A stretch of DNA of 64,000 bases from assembly GCA_951406725.2 (NCBI GenBank), contig OX597824.1, positions 47,058,001 to 47,122,000 on the forward strand. Reading direction: 5' to 3'. The translations under genes and the position numbers were made by a program. This document shows positions 57,144 through 64,000 of this stretch, one piece after another (position 1 is the stretch's first letter; every line of letters starts with the position of its first letter). The notes under the pieces were generated by a model. That model was given only the letters and a program-made list of their open reading frames with translations, was not told the DNA's origin and did not search any database. The DNA is from Octopus vulgaris. Its lineage: Eukaryota.

Positions 57144-57774
57144 CACACACACACATACATCTGTTTCATATAGACGCTGTATTTCACTTGAAAACATAAG
57201 TAAATAAATAAATGATTTTTACGGAAATTAACGAACAAAACCAGCTGAAACGGATGACAGTTCTGAGAGTCAAAGCGAAAGATCGCCCCAAGGGAACACC
57301 ATTACAAAAAGTTTTTCGAGTACATTCAACGTATCTCAGCTTCAAAGATTTGGCTGCTATTTCTAGCACGCCCTGCTACCACTATTTGCGAAAAAGGTCC
57401 AGCAATACCTGTTATGTGGTATCAGGGCGTGCAAGAAATAGCAGTCAAATCTTTCCTCTTCGGTGGAAAGGAGCTGTTTACGCGTGATTTCGATGTTACA
57501 TACGTTGAAAGCATGCGAAATAACCTGGGAAAGAAAAAAAACACGAAACAAATCTCCGTTGCTCGGAAACTCAGGACTTTCCAGGTGACCCAACGGGTCA
57601 AAGGTAGTCTAGTATACTATATTACTTGAAGGAATATATTGCGTTAGACAAATTAAAACCTTCCTCGAAATCAAAGGTTTGTATATGAACCTAATTTGAG
57701 ACATTTTAGTAATCGCCATCACTTCATCTACGATTGAGAACGAACTAAATAATTTTTTTTATTTCTATTTTCAG

Positions 57775-57933
57775 GAAAGTCGAAAGCATCAGTAACTGTA
57801 ATGTGCAAGTCTGAAAATGCATGTTATAGTGTTGATTCTATCTTCATAACTATTGATGGATGCAGTTCCTGTCGCTGTCAAAAGAGTGGAAAAGTTCGTT
57901 GTACCAAAATTTGTGGTTGGAAAAGCAAAAAAG
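57775..57933 (+). CDS. Exon 14: module with a seventh cysteine (absent from ORF track)
   Basis: tctattttcag|GA...AAAG|gtaatt; 159 bp; (G)KSKASVTVMCKSENACYSVDSIFITIDGCSSCRCQKSGKVRCTKICGWKSKK. Confidence 0.87.
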
Positions 57934-58249
57934 GTAATTATTAGTTTTAAGGTTTTGTTTTCATCTTTCTGTGTGTGTGCGTGCGTATGCGTGCGTGCGC
58001 AAATGTGACTGCGTGTTAAGAGATTTACTTCTCAACCACATGGTTCTGATTTCAGTCTCACTGCGTGACACCTTGTTTTTACTGTAACGTGTTTTTACTA
58101 TAACTCCAGATCAACCAAAACTTTCTAAATGGATTTTGAAAGAATCCCGTCGTGTATATTCGTGCGTGCGTGTGTGTGTATGTGTGTGTCTTTTTATGTT
58201 ATGTTTGTCTCCCACCACCGCGTGGCAACTGGTGTTGTTTTATTTACGT

Positions 58250-58650
58250 TTTTCTACTCTATTTCTTTCTGTTGCTAGCTTTTTACTAAATGCTATCGAT
58301 GCTGCTCTAATCGCTTCTTCAGAATTCCCCACCACCGTTCGTTGGCGATTTCCCCTATCACTTGCCGCTTAACCAGTTTACCAATCTGGTCTTTGCGTGC
58401 CAGTAAGGATGCGTTCAACTTCCAATAACCGAGTATCTGTCTACGGGCTCTATTGAAACCGACTGAGCAGGTCGCAAATTCGTGGTCTGTGTAGCTCACC
58501 AATTTGAAATATGGACATCCTACACTCTCCCTATCCACTGGCCAAACAAATACTCTATATAGATACGATCGGGACGACACGCTGTGGTTGTTCCATATCC
58601 ACACAGGCACATCAGAGAAATCCAACTAGTACCTGTCTAGTCATTTAGGT
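58250..58650 (-). mobile_element. L1/Tx1-like ORF2 fragment (end of AP endonuclease)
   Basis: SSRSYLYRVF...SYTDH...GYWKLNASLL motif order. Confidence 0.75.
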
Positions 58651-58903
58651 CTGAGAAAGAATGTTCAGGGATGCCTGTTGAACCCGCCTTCTTTTTGGCT
58701 GAGGGGGAGGTGGGGAAAAGCTTCTCTTGTATGCTTTTACTAAGCTCTCCGGTCTTCTGAAGGTATTTTTCTTTTATCCCCAGAAACAGCTGCTGGATTT
58801 TTAATACTCTTCCTCAACCCCTTTAATTCTTAATATCATTTCTATTCTGTGGAAGTCGGACCTTTTTGTTTATTAACATATATACTTTTTTGTATTTAAT
58901 GTA

Positions 58904-60185
58904 TTGGGTCATCCCATAAATAATGCGGGGTTTTTTATACTTCTTTTATTTTTCAAAACTAAGCTTTTTTTTTAATCTAAAATATACTCGCCTTCATTTT
59001 CTACAATGCTGTACTATCTATCTGGTGGACTTGCAAGGCCCCCTCTTCCAAAATTCACTTGTCCGTGATAAAAAATACTCCTCCTGTACTGTTCTGACCT
59101 CGCCTGCACAATTCTTATTCTTTCCATCCAAATGATTTTGAAGACTGCGGAATAAATGATAATCAGATGGGACAATGTCCGGCGAATATGATGGGTGGGG
59201 CATCGTTTCCCATTAAAACTGCTCCAGCCTTTGGAATGTCATCCTCGCTGTATGTGGCCGAGCATTATCCTGATGGAAGGATATCGTTTGTCTTGAAACC
59301 AAAGATGGTAGTTTTTCTTCTAGCGCTGACTTAAGCGGCTCAAACTGCTCGCAGTATATCCCCTTTGTTATTGTTTGGTTAGGGTTTAAAAGCTCAAAGT
59401 GGGCTAACCCTCTCATATCCCACCAAACAGATAACAACACATTACGTGGGTGAAGACCTTCTTTAGCCTGGGTCGTCAGTGTTTCTCCTTTCCCTACTCA
59501 CTATCTTCGGCGCTTGACATTTTTATAGAGAACCCATTTCTTATCACCAGTCACTATTTGGTCCCAAAAAATGTTCACTCGTGTGATGTAACAGCAAAGA
59601 AAAGCAAACATTCATTCTCTGCACGCGATTAGACTCGGAAAGTTTGTGAGGAACCCATTGACCCAATTTGCTGACTTTTCCGATGGCATGCAGATGTCGA
59701 TGAATGATGGAATGACTAAATCCAAGTTTCTCTGCTAGTTCCTCAACAGTTACGATAGAATTTTGTTACACCAGGGTTTGCAGGACGTCCTCGTCGAGTT
59801 CTACAAATCTTCCAGAACGAGGCTCGTCTACTAAGCTGTAGTTTCCGGCTCGGAATTTCTAGAACCACAGTTGACACTGGCTTACGCTTATTGTCCGATC
59901 CCTATATACTGCATTAATATTCCTCGCACTTTCCGACGAGATTTTGCCTTTATTGAACTCATAAAGCCAAATTTTCTGGATATGCTCCTTTACCACTTCC
60001 GTTATAGCTTTGAAAAATAACTGTTAAAATCGAACTACACTCTTCAAAACTTGCACTAAGAATAAGTACAAAGTAAAATTACTACCTGTTTTTATAGCAA
60101 GTTGATGCAGGTGGTTTATCCCTTTTCCCTCCGACTTTTATTTCATGCAATTGAAAAGAACCGCATTATTTATGGGATGACCCAA
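58904..60185 (-). mobile_element. Full-length (1282 bp) mariner transposon with inactivated transposase
   Basis: TIRs TTGGGTCATCCCATAAATAATGCGG at both ends, TA target duplications (58902-3, 60186-7); LSVWWD, HQDNARPH, HPSYSPDIVPSDYHLFRSLQNHL; start codon appears mutated to ACG; stops and frameshifts present. Confidence 0.95.
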
Positions 60186-60359
60186 TATTTGATATTCTTT
60201 GTATATCGACCTGCCTAACTTGCTTATCCTTACACTAACTCTTCTACCTGCTCACATTTAAACCTCTTGAGCACTACTAAGTGTATTCTATACGGAGAAT
60301 ATCTGATTCTCATCTATGAACTATACATACATACATACATACATACAAAGAGACAGTCT

Positions 60360-63104
60360 TGTAACGAACTTAATGTGAAGTGTATATCCTAGTGCACTTT
60401 TGGGGTGCACAAAGCAATCACTCACTAGCCGTTGCTTTAATAATCCAAATCTCTACTAGTCAGAAACAACAAGACGCAGACGTAAAATATACATATAACT
60501 ACTTTATTCTCTTTCTTGGTAAACAATAACAATAAGTGTGTTATCTGATGTCCTTGATTCTGGGCGCGCAAGGCTGAAAGTTAATAGATTGTAATATTTA
60601 CAATCTTCAGCCCAAAACAGAAAGGGGTCAAGATGGCGTCGAACAATGGAGACGATGTTGGTCTGCAACAATTTTGGTTAAAAGTCTTCGGCCAAAGGAC
60701 TGCTAGAATCTAATCCTGACAGAGAGAATATATGCGTGACCGTCGACTTCAATCGCTGGTTCCCAAGTCATTGGCTGCTGCTGCTAGCGGTCAAACGTTC
60801 TACGACCCCCTTGCCTCGCTAACTGCTACGTAGGCAATAGGGTCGTGCTACCGGTGGTTCGCGCATGCGCGAGAGGGGCCTTCCTTTCTGTGCCTTGGTA
60901 AAGGCACCAACACGCGCGAAATACAAATGGGCGGTGCGCGAGCGCGCGCCGTTGTCGGATCACTACAGGCTCCCCTCCAGTGCGTACGCACGAAAGGAAA
61001 CTTATTGTAGTGACTGCAAAACTCAAGGTGGACACCAGATAACCAAATAGCACACAATAATATAATGGCAAAATTTATAACATACACAAGAAATTTACTA
61101 AAGGAAAAAGAGAAAAAATACTCAATGAGCAAAAATCAAGAGTGCATGCATGAAAGTGTATACGTCACAAAGTATAGAGCCTTCCGCTGTAGGGAGCGGA
61201 GGGAATGCAAAACTCACAGTTAATGAACCTAGGCGAAATTAAATCCAACTTCTCTAAAGGTGGTTGATCCTGCAAAATAGCAGTTAAATCAATTGCTGCA
61301 GGAGAGGAAATGGAATTGACAGAAGCTCGCTAGTAACACAAAAGGCAAAAGTGCAAACATGCTGGTGTGATGCGCGACACAGATAATTTTCTGTTAATTA
61401 CGTGACCAACAGTGGTCTAACAGGGAAAAATAATTACGCCTATAAATCGGCGCAGCGCATTTGAACATCCGACATCTTATGAGTCGGGAAAAACTAAGCT
61501 AACGCAAACGTGTTGCAAAAACAAGGCAAGTACACGTGCGAAGCAATAGGCGCATGAAATGCAATAGTGCTGCCAGACCGAAAAACAGCAAGAATATGCC
61601 AGTGGTTGAGCGACTATATGCCTCGTTCGCACAGGAACAAAAGTATGACATGCTGGCGCGTCATAATGGACAAACAACCCTCTCTATGTATACGTGACCG
61701 ACCTAGGGTCTATAGAAATGAGGGGTGTCCACAAAAGGCAAATTCAGCATGGAAAATAAACAAGCGAGAAAAGCATGTGTGACGTATGTATGTGAGAGAG
61801 AGCATTTATGTGTGTGTACGTGTGTGCGACAGAAATACATACAAGGTGAATGCGAGCAAAATATAAAAACAGCGCATAGAAAAAATGTCTCTCAAGGCTA
61901 TCCCAGACAAGAGTTAATTTACCAGTCTGTGATAGCCTGATGTACAATAGCAGTTCGTTCTGTAACAGAATGTTGAGATCACAAATGCAGATGCCGATTG
62001 AACACATATCGTGTAGCGGTTGTGGCTTCAATGCTGTGACAGGTTAACTGGAACAGAAGAATCTCGTAGATAGACGGTGCTGTTTATCCTTGGTGTGCAT
62101 ATGCACAAAACAGCGTGCACGCTAAAGTTCCGCGAGTTGCTATGTACATCTTGGTGGAGGTCGACGGTGTTGAAAGGCGACGTTGGTGGTGGAAGGCGAC
62201 TGTAGTGGACTTGGGACAACATCGTTCTCAGTGATGATGGCGACGAAGATAGCGACGACGTGAAGTAGACAGACGACGAAGGTGGAGAAAAGGCATCGAA
62301 TATATGATGGCGTCCGTCATCATGGCTGTAGAAGAAGAAAGAGGCTCCTTCTACTACTGTTTGTGGTGGCCGGAAACAAATCGTCGAAAGATGAATGCGT
62401 AGTGTTAAATCGTGTTCCGACTTCGCAGAAAAACTGGATTTTTTTGTTGATAAGTGATCTCTGGTTTTAGACCAGAATCACGTCGGGGTCACCACTTGTA
62501 ACGAACTTAATGTGAAGTGTATATCCTAGTGCACTTTTGGGGTGCACAAAGCAATCACTCACTAGCCGTTGCTTTAATAATCCAAATCTCTACTAGTCAG
62601 AAACAACAAGACGCAGACGTAAAATATACATATAACTACTTTATTCTCTTTCTTGGTAAACAATAACAATAAGTGTGTTATCTGATGTCCTTGATTCTGG
62701 GCGCGCAAGGCTGAAAGTTAATAGATTGTAATATTTACAATCTTCAGCCCAAAACAGAAAGGGGTCAAGATGGCGTCGAACAATGGAGACGATGTTGGTC
62801 TGCAACAATTTTGGTTAAAAGTCTTCGGCCAAAGGACTGCTAGAATCTAATCCTGACGGAGAGAATATATGCGTGACCGTCGCCTTCAATCGCTGGTTCC
62901 CAAGTCATTGGCTGCTGCTGCTAGCGGTCAAACGTTCTACGACCCCCTTGCCTCGCTAACTGCTACGTAGGCAATAGGGTCGTGCTACCGGTGGTTCGCG
63001 CATGCGCGAGAGGGGCCTTCCTTTCTGTGCCTTGGTAAAGGCACCAACACGCGCGAAATACAAATGGGCGGTGCGCGAGCGCGCGCCGTTGTCGGATCAC
63101 TACA
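60360..63104 (-). mobile_element. Non-autonomous LTR retroelement (Gypsy-type signals), 608-bp LTRs
   Basis: LTRs 60360-60967 and 62497-63104, TG...CA, 2 mismatches by eye; 4-bp TSD GTCT; PBS 62476-62494; PPT GGAGGGGAG on the minus strand at about 60970-60978; no gag/pol recognised in the 1529-bp interior. Confidence 0.92.
62476..62494 (-). promoter_or_regulatory. Primer-binding site complementary to the tRNA-Trp 3' end
   Basis: Plus strand AATCACGTCGGGGTCACCA matches the 3' end of metazoan tRNA-Trp(CCA) including the CCA tail; 2 nt from the 5' LTR. Confidence 0.85.
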
Positions 63105-64000
63105 GTCTCTTTGTGATGTTGTTTATACTTTCTGTAAACCCCTTGTCATTCATGTTAAGGAAACAGAAATACCAAAACACCACTGTTTCTTTGTGGATGA
63201 CTTAAAACTTTATGCAAAGAATATACATGGGATGAAAAAGAACCTTCACCTAGTTACAACATTCTCAAAGGATGTAGGGTTGGAGTTTTATCAGGATAAA
63301 TGTTGTTATATGGTTGTGAAAAGGGGGGAAACTATAAACCAGACCAGTAACATCTCCATCAATGATTTCACTGTTTCCCCTGTATCTGACGAGGAATGTT
63401 ACAGGTATCTAGGGGTGGATGAAAATATTATCTTACGATGGCACCTGTAACAAAATACGAGTCACTAAAGAATATTACAGCCGAATAAAGAAAATTTGGA
63501 ACACAGAAATCTCTGCATTCAATAAAACAGTGGCCCACAGTGTGTTTGCAGTGCCAATACCCATACCAACATTTGGGCTGCTTGATTGGACGCTTGATGA
63601 GATCCAAGCCATAATTTTCACATAAACAGTGACATACACCGCCACTGCCTTAAACAAAAACAAGGTGGCAGAGGCTTAACATCGATCCAAAATGCTTTTC
63701 AATGTCGCATCATATCCCTTCGGCAACATCTTTTAACAACCAAGTGTCGAAGTGCGTCCCTTGACCAAGTTTGCATACATGAGGCTGATAACATCATAAG
63801 ACTTGGAAGGCAGCTCCTTGAGCAACACTCTTTGTAAGATAACCTAGAATTCATGCCCAAAGAAGTCGCTCGGCTCTACCGCAATGTTTCATCAGATGAA
63901 GGGATGAGAGTATATCAGCAGAAGATTATGCATGTATATGTTAGTAGAAAGCTCCGTGATGATAGTAACATCGATCATCAAAGCAGTTTATCATGGACCA
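63105..64000 (+). mobile_element. R4/Dong-like LINE reverse transcriptase, degenerate and 5'-truncated
   Basis: FVMLFILSVNPLSFML, HCFFVDDLKLYAK, FSKDVGLEF..DKC, YRYLGV, EYYSRIKKIWNTEISAFNKTVAHSVFAVP. The QRDSL (QGDSL) start lies at about 60346-60359, on the other side of the LTR element. Confidence 0.85.

Noticed and set aside
60826-62470. Short ORFs inside the LTR element
   Set aside because: No gag, protease, RT or integrase motifs recognised.

Overview
AT-rich, microsatellite- and SINE-dense eukaryotic DNA. The repeat families resemble those of a cephalopod (Octopus); this is recognition by eye, not a database result. The main feature is the interior of one large + strand gene, spread over at least 53 kb as 14 short exons (159-192 bp). 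Every exon has an AG acceptor and a GT donor in phase 1-1. Each encodes a Thr/Pro-rich linker plus one six-cysteine module, C-x18-C-x2-C-x-C-x7-C-x(3-5)-C, which looks like a hybrid of a VWC N-terminal subdomain and a pacifastin-like inhibitor domain. Four of these exons are missing from the ORF track. Spliced together they give about 805 uninterrupted codons; neither start nor stop codon lies in the window. The introns are filled with transposons. These include a 3.9 kb Helitron with a decayed Pif1 helicase, a nested Helitron cluster whose insertion order can be read base by base, a Chapaev3-like remnant and a full-length dead mariner. There is also a very young non-coding LTR element (608 bp LTRs, tRNA-Trp PBS) inserted into the RT of an R4-like LINE, plus L1/Tx1, RTE and other LINE fragments, Penelope-like inverted repeats with hammerhead-like motifs, and many tRNA-derived SINEs. 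Most long ORFs in the track are microsatellite translations.
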